A DNA stretch of 64,000 nt from an uncultured Chloroflexia bacterium (GTDB lineage Bacteria > Chloroflexota > Limnocylindria > Limnocylindrales > CSP1-4): assembly GCA_963766735.1 (NCBI GenBank), contig CAVYBU010000027.1, forward strand, positions 32,001-96,000, written 5' to 3'. Position numbers and translations under genes: made by a program. Shown one piece after another: positions 29,069 through 38,506 of this stretch. Position 1 is the stretch's first letter; every line of letters begins with the position of its first letter. The notes beneath the pieces were generated by a model. It had not been told where the DNA came from. It saw only the letters and a list, made by a program, of their open reading frames with translations, and did no database searches.

Positions 29069-30691
29069 TCAGTGCCCGACCGTCCGGCCATGCCGGGCGT
29101 CGAAGACCGGTCGCTCGGAGCGGATCTCGGGCAGGTGGTCGAAGTTGTACGCGGGCGGCGGCGACGTGGTCGCCCACTCGAGGGTGTTGCCCTCCCACGG
29201 ATCGTCGCCGGCCACCTTGCCGTTGCGCAGCGAGATCAGTACGTTCCAGAAGAACGGCAGCATGCTGAACGCGATGATGAACCCGCCGATCGTGGCCGCC
29301 AGGTTGAGCTCGCTCCAGCCGGCGTTGCCCGCGTAGTCCGCGATACGGCGCGGCATGCCAGCCAGGCCCAGCTGGTGCATCGGGAAGAACGTCAGGTTGA
29401 ACCCGATGAACATGATCACGAACTGGAGCTTGCCCAGGGTCTCGTTGAGCATCCTGCCGGTCATCTTCGGGAACCAGTAGAAGATCCCGCCGAAGATGGC
29501 GAACACGGAGCCGCCGAACAGCACGTAGTGGATGTGGGCGACGACCCAGTACGTGTCGTGGATGGCGAAGTCCACCGGCACGGCGGCGGAGAAGGCCCCG
29601 TTGATACCGCCGATCAGGAACATCGTGAGGAACCCGAACGCGTACAGCAGCGGCGTCTGGAAGACCAGCTGGCCGCGCCACATCGTCGCGATCCAGTTGA
29701 ACATCTTGACCCCCGTCGGCACCGCGATCAGGAACGTCATCAGGCTGAAGAAGGGCAGGAACACGGCTCCCGTCGTGAACATGTGATGTGCCCAGACGGA
29801 GAAGCCGAGGGCGCCGATGGCGACGGTGGCGAAGATGAACGCCTTGTAGCCGAACAGCGGCTTGCGCGAGAAGACCGGCAGGATCTCGCTGATGATCCCC
29901 ATCGCCGGCAGGATCATGATGTAGACCGCCGGGTGCGAGTAGAACCAGAACACGTTCTGGTAGAGCACCGCGTTGCCGCCGTTGGCCGGGTCGAAGAAGT
30001 GGCCGCCGTAGTTGCGGTCGATGAACAGCATGATCAGCGCGCTGGTGAGCACCGGCGTGGCCATCAGCACGAGCACGCTCGTCACCAGGACCGTCCAGAC
30101 CAGGATCGGCATCCGGAACAGCGTCAGGCCCGGGGCACGCATCTTGAAGATCGTGACCAGGAAGTTGATCGCGCCCAGGATGGAGCTGGTCCCGATCAGG
30201 GTCAGGCCCATGATCCAGAGGTCCGTGCCGGTCCCGCTGTATTGGGAGCCCGAGAGCGGCGGGTATTCCGTCCAGCCCGACGCGGCCGCGCCACCCGAGA
30301 CCAGGAAGCCCGAGGCCATCAGGGCGCCACCCAGCGGCAGCAGCCAGAACGACAGCGCGTTGATCCGCGGGAACGCCATGTCCGGGGCGCCGATCTGGAG
30401 CGGCACGGCGTAGTTGCCGAAGCCCGCGAGGATCGGGATCACGAACAGGAACAGCATGAAGCTGGCGTGCATCGTGAACGCCTGGTTGTAGAACGCCTCG
30501 TCCACCAGCTGCAGCCCGGGCTGGGCCAGCTCGACGCGGACGACGAGCGCGAGGATGCCGCCCGCCACGAAGAACAGGATCGAGTTGATCAGGTACATGA
30601 TCCCGATCTTCTTGTGGTCGGTGGTCGTCAGCCACTCGTAGAGGCCGCCCCTGTATGCGGGAGCGGCGGGGCTGAGGGTCGTCGTGGCCAT
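29069..30691 (-). CDS. ctaD: Heme-copper oxidase subunit I, A2 type
   Basis: TDHKKIG, DMAFPRIN, FYSHPAVY (YS motif marks A2), VWAHHMF, VAHIHY and GMPRR. Confidence 0.97.
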   Translation of the reverse strand: MATTTLSPAAPAYRGGLYEWLTTTDHKKIGIMYLINSILFFVAGGILALVVRVELAQPGLQLVDEAFYNQAFTMHASFMLFLFVIPILAGFGNYAVPLQIGAPDMAFPRINALSFWLLPLGGALMASGFLVSGGAAASGWTEYPPLSGSQYSGTGTDLWIMGLTLIGTSSILGAINFLVTIFKMRAPGLTLFRMPILVWTVLVTSVLVLMATPVLTSALIMLFIDRNYGGHFFDPANGGNAVLYQNVFWFYSHPAVYIMILPAMGIISEILPVFSRKPLFGYKAFIFATVAIGALGFSVWAHHMFTTGAVFLPFFSLMTFLIAVPTGVKMFNWIATMWRGQLVFQTPLLYAFGFLTMFLIGGINGAFSAAVPVDFAIHDTYWVVAHIHYVLFGGSVFAIFGGIFYWFPKMTGRMLNETLGKLQFVIMFIGFNLTFFPMHQLGLAGMPRRIADYAGNAGWSELNLAATIGGFIIAFSMLPFFWNVLISLRNGKVAGDDPWEGNTLEWATTSPPPAYNFDHLPEIRSERPVFDARHGRTVGH

Positions 30692-30704
30692 CCCTGCTGC
30701 TCCT

Positions 30705-31551
30705 CTAGGGGTTCGCGCTTGCCGAGGGCGGCGGCGTGGGCGCCGCGGCAGCCTTCTCGATCTGGGCGGTGAGCCATCCGTCGAAGTCGGCCTTCGGCAG
30801 GGCGTGGACCTCGAAGATCATCGAGCCGTGGAACGCGCCGCACAGCTCCGCGCACTGGCCGCGGTACGTGCCGGGCTCCTCGACGGTGAAGCTGAAGACG
30901 TTCTCCTTGCCCGGCACCGCGTCCCTCTTGAACAGGAACTGGGGGACGTAGAAGGCGTGGATCACGTCTTCCGCCCTGAGCGTCACCGTGACCGGCTCGT
31001 CCACCGGAAGGACCATGCCGCCGTCCTCGCCCACCGGGAGGACCTGCGAGAACAGCGTCGCTCCGTTCGCGTCCAGGTAGTCGAAGTGCCACTGGTAGCG
31101 GGCAGCCACGGCCCGGACATGGACGTCGCTCGGGGGTTTGGCTTCGACGGTGTTGAGGGTCTGCCAGGACATCACGAACAGGGCCAGGACGATCGCGGTG
31201 GGGATCGCCGTCCAGATCACCTCGACCATGTTGTTGCCGTGGGTCTGGGGCGGGAGCGTCCTCGTCGCCGGGCTTGCGGCGGTACCGGAGCACCGTGAAC
31301 ACGATCGCGGCCTCGACGATCAGGAAGATCACCACCGCGATGTAGAACACGATGTCGTAGAGCGTCTTGGTGGCGACCGCGCGGTCCGTGACCGGCGTCG
31401 TGTTGCCGACCGGGAAGAAGCTGTCCCAGACCTGTTGCGGTGTGATTCCGGCCGCCGCCAGGACGGCGATCGTGGCGACCACAACCGCGATCGTGATCAG
31501 GCTGGCAACCAGGAGACCGGACCCGGTCCGGGACCGGGAGGGCATCGACAT
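30705..31551 (-). CDS. ctaC: Heme-copper oxidase subunit II (CuA); +1 frameshift at ~31258
   Basis: Removing one base gives ...KPGDETLPPQTHGNNMVEVIWTAIP. CuA ligands DVIHAF...CAELCGAFHGSM. No CxxCH motif. Confidence 0.92.
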
Positions 31552-31760
31552 CGGGTTCCTCGGATGGTGCGACCGGGTCATGGGCATGCCCGGCCAGCTC
31601 TGAGGTATTGCCGCCCGGGGACACGCGCCTCCCGTCACCGGGGGCGCCGGACCCGCGCACTATACCGGACGAACTGGTTTTGGGGGGCCAAATTGCCCGT
31701 GGCCTACCATGCCGTTCGGCCCCCGGATGTCGAAGCGCGGAAACGGGTGACAATGCGGGT

Positions 31761-32947
31761 GTGAATCCGACCCTGCTGGCGACCCGTCCGGGGCGCCCGA
31801 TACCAGCCGCGGCGAGGGCCGGCGCGGTCGCCTTGCTTCTCGCCGGCCTGGCCGTCGGGCCCTTTGCGCGATCGGCCCTGGCGCATGGGACGGAGATACC
31901 GCCGGAGCCCGACGTGCTCGCGTTCCTGCTCGGCTGGAAGGGCGATCCACTCATCTGGCTGCCCGTGATCGTCGCTGCGGTCCTGTGGCGCTCCGGCGTG
32001 GGGCGGGTCAACCGGGCTCACCCCGCAAACCCGGTTCCGCGGCGCCGGACGGTCTCGTGGATGCTGGGCCTGCTGGCGATCCTGGTGGCGCTGGATTCCG
32101 GGGTGGAGCGCTACGACACCACGCTGTTCTCGGACCACATGATCCAGCACATGCTGCTCACGCTGGTGGCGCCGCCGCTCCTGCTGTACGCGGGGCCGAT
32201 CACGCTCCTCCTGCGCGCCTCCTCCGCCAGGACGCGGCGCCGCTGGATCTTCCCGCTCCTCCATTCCCGCGTCGTCCGGTTCCTCTCGTTCCCCGTGGTT
32301 GCATGGATCCTGTTCGCGGCCGTCATGTGGGGGAGCCATTTCTCGCCGCTGTTCGACGCGGCGCTGGAGAACCAGTGGCTGCACCGTCTGGAGCACGGGC
32401 TCTTCCTTGCCTCGGCGCTGCTGTTCTGGTGGCCCGTCGTGGGGCCGGACCCGTCGCCGTGGCGGATGCGGCCTGCCGCCAAGGTGCTGTACGTCGGCCT
32501 GCAGATGCCGCAGAACACGTTCCTCGCCGTGGCGATCGCGATGTCGTCCGTGCCGCTCTACCCTCACTACGTCAGCACGATCCGGTCCTGGGGGCCGACG
32601 CCGCTGGAGGACCAGCAGCTGGCCGGCAGCATCATGTGGCTGGGCGGCGACCTGGTCTTCATCGGCGCGGTGATCCTGCTCGTGCTCGCGTGGATGCGCG
32701 ATGACGAGCGGCGGACGGTCGGCGAGGACCGGCGACTGGCGGGGGAGCGGGCGGCGATCCGTGAGCGCGAGGTGAAGCTCGCGGCGCGCCTGGCGGAGGA
32801 GGGACCCTCGGTCGGGGAGGGGCCAGCCACCAGGGCCTCGGCCGGAGCGCCGGCAGCGCCGGGGGCGCCGGAGGGTCGGTCGGGGTGCCGGAGGGTCGGC
32901 CTGGGGTGCCGGAGGGTCGGCCGGAGGGTCTCAACTCCCCTTCGTGA
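31761..32947 (+). CDS. ctaG: Cytochrome c oxidase assembly protein CtaG (caa3 type); probable -1 frameshift in the repetitive tail
   Basis: FSDHMIQHMLL, HRLEH and EDQQLAGSIMW. Adding one G at ~32883 gives a (PEGRxGV)n tail ending at TGA 32945-32947, before the convergent gene. Confidence 0.85.
32867..32930 (+). repeat. Degenerate 20/21-bp tandem repeat
   Basis: GCCGGAGGGTC occurs four times, with unit lengths 20, 21, 12 and 11. Confidence 0.75.
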
Positions 32948-32994
32948 CGCACGGCCGCCAGCTCCCGCGCGGTCCCGCGCCACCCCGCGGGACC

Positions 32995-34017
32995 CTACCC
33001 CTCCGGGGGGACCACGGCCTCGAGGTACTCCAGGAACCGGTCCGGATCCACGTTGCCGCCCGAGACCACGCCCACGATCGGTCCATCCAGGCCCGCGAGT
33101 CCCGCTTCCGCCGCGTGAAACCGCATTGCCGCGATCGGCAGCGCGCCCGACGGCTCCACCACCAGGCGTGCATCCTCGGCGCCCAGGCGCACGGCTGCGG
33201 CGATCTCAGCCTCGGACACCGTGATCACCGCGTCCAGCTGTTCGCGCAGGTGAGCGAAGGTGAGGCGGCCGATCGACTGCGTGCGCGCCCCGTCCGCGAT
33301 GGTCCGGCTCACGAGCTCCGGCGGCCAGGCCACGATGCGGTCCTGGGCCAACGAGTCACGCGCGTCCGCGGCCAGCTCCGGCTCGACGCCGATGAGCCGC
33401 ACGTCCGGGAGGAGGGCCGTGATGGCCGCGGCCACCCCGGCCGCCAGACCGCCACCGCCGATCGGGACCAGCACCGCGGCAACCTCGGGCATGTCCTCGG
33501 CGATCTCCAGGCCCGTGGTGCCCTGCCCGGCCACGATCCGCCGATCGTCAAAGGGCGGGATGATCGCGAGGCCGCGGGCCGCGGCGAACTCCTCCGCCAC
33601 CCGTCTCCGCTCCTCCGACGCGGTGCCCACGATGACCACCTGGGCGCCATCTGCCTGCACGCGTGCACGCTTGATGGCGGGGGCGTCCGACGGCATGACG
33701 ATGACGGCCGGCACGCCGAACAGCCGCGCGGCCCGCGCAACGCCCTGGGCGTGGTTGCCGGAGGAGTAGGTGATGAGGCCGCGCCGCCGCTCCTCCGGCG
33801 TCAGCATGGCCGCCGCCACGTACGCCCCGCGCAGCTTGAACGCGCCGATCGGCTGGAGTGACTCCGCCTTGAGCCAGTGCCGCCGCTCCGGTCGCCCGAA
33901 CGGCACCAGCGGCGTCCGGACGGTGATTCCGCGCAGGATCTCCGCCGCCGCGCGGATCTCCTCGAGGGTGACCAGGGCGGGGAGCGGCTCGGGTTCGGCG
34001 CCCACGGGATCGTTCAC
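32995..34017 (-). CDS. Threonine/serine dehydratase (serine racemase-like, no regulatory domain)
   Basis: KAESLQPIGAFKLRGA, SSGNHAQG, PIGGGGL, VEPSGA and SGGNVD. Confidence 0.92.
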   Translation of the reverse strand: MNDPVGAEPEPLPALVTLEEIRAAAEILRGITVRTPLVPFGRPERRHWLKAESLQPIGAFKLRGAYVAAAMLTPEERRRGLITYSSGNHAQGVARAARLFGVPAVIVMPSDAPAIKRARVQADGAQVVIVGTASEERRRVAEEFAAARGLAIIPPFDDRRIVAGQGTTGLEIAEDMPEVAAVLVPIGGGGLAAGVAAAITALLPDVRLIGVEPELAADARDSLAQDRIVAWPPELVSRTIADGARTQSIGRLTFAHLREQLDAVITVSEAEIAAAVRLGAEDARLVVEPSGALPIAAMRFHAAEAGLAGLDGPIVGVVSGGNVDPDRFLEYLEAVVPPEG

Positions 34018-34358
34018 CGGTGGCCCTTCGCGCGCTGGCAGTCGATGCACAGGGCGGCGCTGGGCAACGCCTCGAGACGCTCGGGCGGGACAGCCTGGCC
34101 GCACGCGGTGCACGCCCCGTAGGTGCCGGCGTCCAGGCGTGCCAGGGCGGCCTCGACCGCCGCGAGCGCGGTTCGGGTGTGCTCGCGCAGGGCGAGATCC
34201 CGCTGCTGCTCGAACACCTGGCTGGCCGCGGCGGCCTGTGACCCGTAGGTCATCGGCTCCGGGGCGCGGATCGTCAGCTCGCCCAGCTCGGCAAGCAGCC
34301 GCGAACGCTCCTCGAGGAGGATGGCGCGCGGGTCTCCGGGTGCGTCGGTGCGATCCAT
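34014..34358 (-). CDS. DksA/TraR C4-type zinc finger protein
   Basis: ALARLDAGTYGACTACG...ERLEALP...CIDC. Confidence 0.88.
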   Translation of the reverse strand: MDRTDAPGDPRAILLEERSRLLAELGELTIRAPEPMTYGSQAAAASQVFEQQRDLALREHTRTALAAVEAALARLDAGTYGACTACGQAVPPERLEALPSAALCIDCQRAKGHR

Positions 34359-34505
34359 GGTCTCCGATCCTACGCCTCGCGCACGCTGCGTGGCAGCTGC
34401 GGCCGCCCCACAGCCAATCGCTGCCCGCGTGCGCTAGCCTCAGCACATCATCACCCAAACGTGCCCGGGTCCCGTCGGCCCGGCGCGCCCCCGAGGAGCA
34501 CCCGG

Positions 34506-34679
34506 ATGGCCATTGCCAAGGATCCCGTTTGTGGGATGGACGTCGACACAGAGACGTCGAAGCTCTCGCTCGAGCACGACGGCACAACCTACTGGTTCTG
34601 CGGCAAGGGCTGCCTGCTCGAGTTCAAGGACGACCCTGACAAGTACCTTGACCCGGAGTACGTGCCCGAGGGGATGTAG
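34506..34679 (+). CDS. YHS-domain protein
   Basis: KDPVCGMDV...YWFCGKGC...DPDKY, with SD GAGGAG. Confidence 0.9.
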   Translation: MAIAKDPVCGMDVDTETSKLSLEHDGTTYWFCGKGCLLEFKDDPDKYLDPEYVPEGM

Positions 34680-35243
34680 CTGACGACAGGCCCGCAGATC
34701 AGGCGGCTCAACGGCGACGGCTAGTCTGCCTTCGGCCGGCCCGGGGCCGGCGAGCACGCCTGCGCGGCCAACGTGGGCGGTTGGGCCGGGTCAGACGTGT
34801 GGACCGGGCCCGGCCAAGGGGCCGGGGCCGGGCCGCACTGCCGCGCCCGGCGCGGGAACCCCGGGGCCCTCGCATCACGGGGGATGCTGTCTCGCGCCAT
34901 TCCCGGGCTGCCGTGGCGGGCTTTCGTCGAGAACGGCGGGCTAGGGGCGCTTGCATCACCGCGGATGATCGGGACGGCGACATCTGCCTCGGCGCACGGT
35001 AGCGGCGGCCGGATGCGGCCGGATAGCACCCCTGGTGATGCGGAGGGTTGGCTGGGTGGGTTGGCGGGGTGGGTCGCCGGGTGAGATACGACGGATGTCG
35101 GTGCGTTCGGCGGATCCGGCGCACGTAAGCCGCAGATAAGCGGGCGTCTTCACAATGCGGCTCCCGCACGTTTCGATCGGGCACTCCTCGGAGGGATCGG
35201 CGCGCGGTCGCTGCCGTCCGCATGGCCGGACGAGGAGGTCTCG

Positions 35244-35348
35244 ATGAGTACGCGAGTGCGGCGCCTGGTGGTCGCGTTGGCACCGGCCATCCCCGTGCTG
35301 CTGGTCCTGGGCGGTGTCGTCGCCGAGGGGGCGAAGAGATGGCTCTGA
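35244..35348 (+). CDS. Small hydrophobic peptide, 34 aa, ending GAKRWL (absent from the ORF track)
   Basis: GAGGAGG SD, then ATG, encoding MSTRVRRLVVALAPAIPVLLVLGGVVAEGAKRWL*. Hairpin downstream at 35358-35387. Confidence 0.72.
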   Translation: MSTRVRRLVVALAPAIPVLLVLGGVVAEGAKRWL

Positions 35349-35532
35349 CGCGGGCGGGGCGGCCAGGCGTCTGCGAGCATGGCCGCCGCTGGTGGCGCGC
35401 GGGCGCCAGGAGTCGGTCAGAGTAGTCAGGCAAAGGGCTCGAGCCGGAGGCTCGGGAGCCGCGGAGTCTGGTCCGGGCGGCAGCCAGTCGTCCGCCACGT
35501 GGGCTTGGGCCGATCTCCCGCATCATTAGGGG

Positions 35533-36090
35533 ATGGACACCCCGCGCCTCTTGAGCCACACCGCGGTCGCCAGGATCGAGACGGGCGGCCGCATGACGGT
35601 GGCCGCCGCCTGGGGAATCCTCGTCCTGCTTGTCGCGGGCTGCGACGCGGGCGTCCCGGTCGCCTCGCAGCCGATAACGCCGGGCGCCAGTGATAACCCG
35701 CGCGAGGTGAACATCATTGCCCGCGACTACGCCTACACGCCGGCGGCGCTGGACCTGGTGCCCGGCGAGACCGTGATCCTGCACGTGGTCAATGGAGGCC
35801 TGGCCGTCCACGAGGCGGTCATCGGGGACATGGGGACGCAACTGGCCTGGGAGGCGGCGGAGGCACCGCTCGCGGATTCGCCTCCCGGCCCCACGCCGGT
35901 CGTGTCGGTGCCGCCGGGTTTCGACGGCGTCCGGGTCGTGGTGGAGTCCGGTGAGCGGGTGGACGTGGTCTGGACAGTGCCGTCGGACGCGGCCGACGAC
36001 CCGTCCGGGTGGTTCGTTGGGTGCCACATCCCGGGGCACTGGGACAAGGGCATGGTCGTGCCTGTCCGGTTCGCCGCCACGGGCGGGTGA
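35533..36090 (+). CDS. Cupredoxin (blue copper) lipoprotein
   Basis: Lipobox VAGC and type-1 copper site VHEAVIG...CHIPGHWDKGM. Confidence 0.85.
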   Translation: MDTPRLLSHTAVARIETGGRMTVAAAWGILVLLVAGCDAGVPVASQPITPGASDNPREVNIIARDYAYTPAALDLVPGETVILHVVNGGLAVHEAVIGDMGTQLAWEAAEAPLADSPPGPTPVVSVPPGFDGVRVVVESGERVDVVWTVPSDAADDPSGWFVGCHIPGHWDKGMVVPVRFAATGG

Positions 36091-36231
36091 CGGGAGGCTG
36101 GCCGGACCGCCCCCTCGTGCGCCCAACGGGGGTCGCGTGGGGTACGCGCGGTGGTACGCTCTGGGTGTCGCGCGCGAGGCGCGGTTCAGAGAGTTCGACG
36201 AGCAGCCGATGAATCAGGAGATCCCAAGACC

Positions 36232-36519
36232 ATGACGTACGTCATCGCCGAGCCCTGCGTCGACGTCATGGACACCGCATGCGTGTCCGTCTGCCCCGTG
36301 GATTGCATCCATTTCGAGGAAGGGGTTGACCGCAAGCTCTTCATCGATCCCAACGAGTGCATCGATTGCGGCGCCTGCGAGCCCGAGTGCCCCGTCAACG
36401 CGATCTTCCCGGAGGAGAGCCTCCCGGCCGAGTGGGCCGGCTACACCGCCGTCGAGGCCACCTGGTTCACGGACAAGGCCGCGGCCCGCGTCGCGCTGGA
36501 AGCCCTCAAGCCCGCCTGA
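36232..36519 (+). CDS. fdxA: 7Fe ferredoxin ([3Fe-4S]/[4Fe-4S])
   Basis: MTYVIAEPCVDVMDTACVSVCPVDC...CIDCGACEPECP, with SD AGGAG. Confidence 0.93.
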   Translation: MTYVIAEPCVDVMDTACVSVCPVDCIHFEEGVDRKLFIDPNECIDCGACEPECPVNAIFPEESLPAEWAGYTAVEATWFTDKAAARVALEALKPA

Positions 36520-36727
36520 GCCGTAACGCGCCGGCACTCGTGGCCGGCCGACGAGCGCATCCGGCCCCGCAGGCAACTGCGGGGCCGTCTTGGTGCCGGC
36601 GCCGGAACCCTTGCCTTGTGGCCGCGTCCCGGATCCCGGCCGCGTCCGGCCGGGCAGGCCCCGGCGGCGACGAGCCGACCCGAACGGCCCTGACGGGCCG
36701 GGTGCCCATCGCCCGTAGACTGGCGTG

Positions 36728-37615
36728 GTGCGCATCGTCTCCCTTCTCCCCGCCGCCACCGAGATCCTGTTCGAGCTTGGGCTGAGCGGCGAGCTGACCG
36801 GCGTCACAGATGCCTGCACGTTCCCGCCGGAGGCCCGGCTCCTGCCCCGCGTCGCGACGACCACGGCGGATCCTCGCGACCCGACCGCCGCCGGGCCGCG
36901 CCTGGTCCTCGATGACGCGGCGCTGGTCGTCGCCGGGCCCGACCTCGTCATCGCGGGTGGCGCGTCCGGCCCTGGGGCAATCGGCTACCGCGATGCCGGC
37001 GATGCCGTGGCCCGGCTGGGGCTCGAAGCCGAGGTGATCCGCCTCGACCCGACGTCGGTCGAAGGCGTGCTGAACGCAATCCAGGCGGTCGGTGCCATGA
37101 CCGAGACGGAGGACGAGGCGATGGACGTCGCCCTCGGCCTGCGGGAGCGGCTGCACGCGCTCGAGAGGATCGTCATCGGGCGACGGGAGCACGGATTCGT
37201 CCCGCCGAGGGTCATCGTGCTCGAGGGCCTCGAGCCGCCGGTTGCCGTGGGCAGGTGGGTCCCGGAGCAGGTCCGACTGGCGGGTGGCTGGGAGCTGCTG
37301 GGCCGCGAGGGCGAGATGCCCGCCCCGACGGCGTGGGACGCCATCTGCGAGATGGAGCCCGAGGTCCTGGTCATCGCACCACGCGGCCTGGACCTGGCCG
37401 CGACCCGCGAGGCGTGGGAGCGGCTGCCTCGCCCGGCCGGCTGGAACGCGCTGCCGGCGGTCAGCGCCGGCCGGGTCTTCGCCGTGGACGGTCCCGCGTG
37501 CTTCGACCATGCGGGGCCGCGCGTCGTCGACGGCGTGGAGGTGCTGGCGGAGCTGATCGACCCCGTCGCGTTCGACGGCATGGCGCCGCCCCGGACGTGG
37601 GACCGGCTGGCCTGA
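36728..37615 (+). CDS. BtuF-like cobalamin/Fe-siderophore binding protein (no signal peptide)
   Basis: RIVSLLPAATEIL, GRWVPEQVRLAGG and GPRVVDGVEVLA. Confidence 0.8.
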   Translation: MRIVSLLPAATEILFELGLSGELTGVTDACTFPPEARLLPRVATTTADPRDPTAAGPRLVLDDAALVVAGPDLVIAGGASGPGAIGYRDAGDAVARLGLEAEVIRLDPTSVEGVLNAIQAVGAMTETEDEAMDVALGLRERLHALERIVIGRREHGFVPPRVIVLEGLEPPVAVGRWVPEQVRLAGGWELLGREGEMPAPTAWDAICEMEPEVLVIAPRGLDLAATREAWERLPRPAGWNALPAVSAGRVFAVDGPACFDHAGPRVVDGVEVLAELIDPVAFDGMAPPRTWDRLA

Positions 37616-37634
37616 CTCCGAGCCTGCACCGACC

Positions 37635-38459
37635 ATGCCCTTCCGCGCGACCTTTGACTGCCTCTGGTGCGGTGATTCGTGGACGGCCCGTGGACCCGGT
37701 GATCTCGAGGGATGGGCCCTTCTCTGCCCGGCCTGTCTCGGTCGCGCGGGCACCAACGCGTTCCTCCGGGGGCGCCTGCGAATCGGGCTGACCGAGCGCG
37801 CCGCCAGCGGCCCCGTGGGCGCGAATCGAGTCGATCCTCCCGTTGAACCCCGCTCCGCGAGCCTCCCGCATCAGCCTGCCTTCCCCGACGACTGGTTCCT
37901 CCGACGCGGCACCTTCGAGCGCGGCGCCATTCACGACACGGCATGGGCCGCCGAGATCGACATGGTCACCCGCTGGCTGGATGAGCTACCGCCCGCCGCG
38001 CGGATCGCGGAACCGGCAGCGGGGGTCGGGTTCTTCTCGCCGCTCCTGGCCGGGCGCGGCGAGCTCCACGCCTCCGATCCGGACGGGGGCGCGCTGGACA
38101 GGGCCCGGGAGCGGCTCGTGGCCCATCGGCTGCTGGCGCACCTGCACGTCGCCGACCCGTGGGCAGTCCCGGCGGGGGAGCCCGTGGACCAGGTGGTCGC
38201 CGCGTTCCTGCTCGGGCGGGTGCGGGGCGCGGGCCTGGACGCCGCCGCATCGTCACTGCGCGCACGCCTCCGGCCCGGCGGAACGCTGGCGATCATCGAG
38301 CTGCGACGCGACCCGGCGGGTGGCCCGCCAGCGGGGATCGCCTGGTCCTGGCGAGAGCCCGACGTCCTGGAGGCCACGCTTGCGCGCGCGGGCTTCGAGT
38401 CGCTGCGGAGCACCCAGACGGGGCGCTTCTTCCTGCTCATCACCGCCGTCGCCGCCTGA
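37635..38459 (+). CDS. Class I SAM-methyltransferase-like protein with N-terminal Zn ribbon
   Basis: N-terminal CLWC...CPAC, motif-I-like EPAAGVG, and LRPGG. Confidence 0.7.
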   Translation: MPFRATFDCLWCGDSWTARGPGDLEGWALLCPACLGRAGTNAFLRGRLRIGLTERAASGPVGANRVDPPVEPRSASLPHQPAFPDDWFLRRGTFERGAIHDTAWAAEIDMVTRWLDELPPAARIAEPAAGVGFFSPLLAGRGELHASDPDGGALDRARERLVAHRLLAHLHVADPWAVPAGEPVDQVVAAFLLGRVRGAGLDAAASSLRARLRPGGTLAIIELRRDPAGGPPAGIAWSWREPDVLEATLARAGFESLRSTQTGRFFLLITAVAA

Positions 38460-38506
38460 GCGTCGACCGCTGGGCCACGTAGGCCCGGTGCTATCCTCCG
38501 GCCGAT

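Noticed and set aside
34690-35240. ORF-track ORFs of 70-470 aa across this gap
   Set aside because: They are Arg/Pro/Gly-rich translations typical of non-coding frames in GC-rich DNA, with no motifs or RBS.
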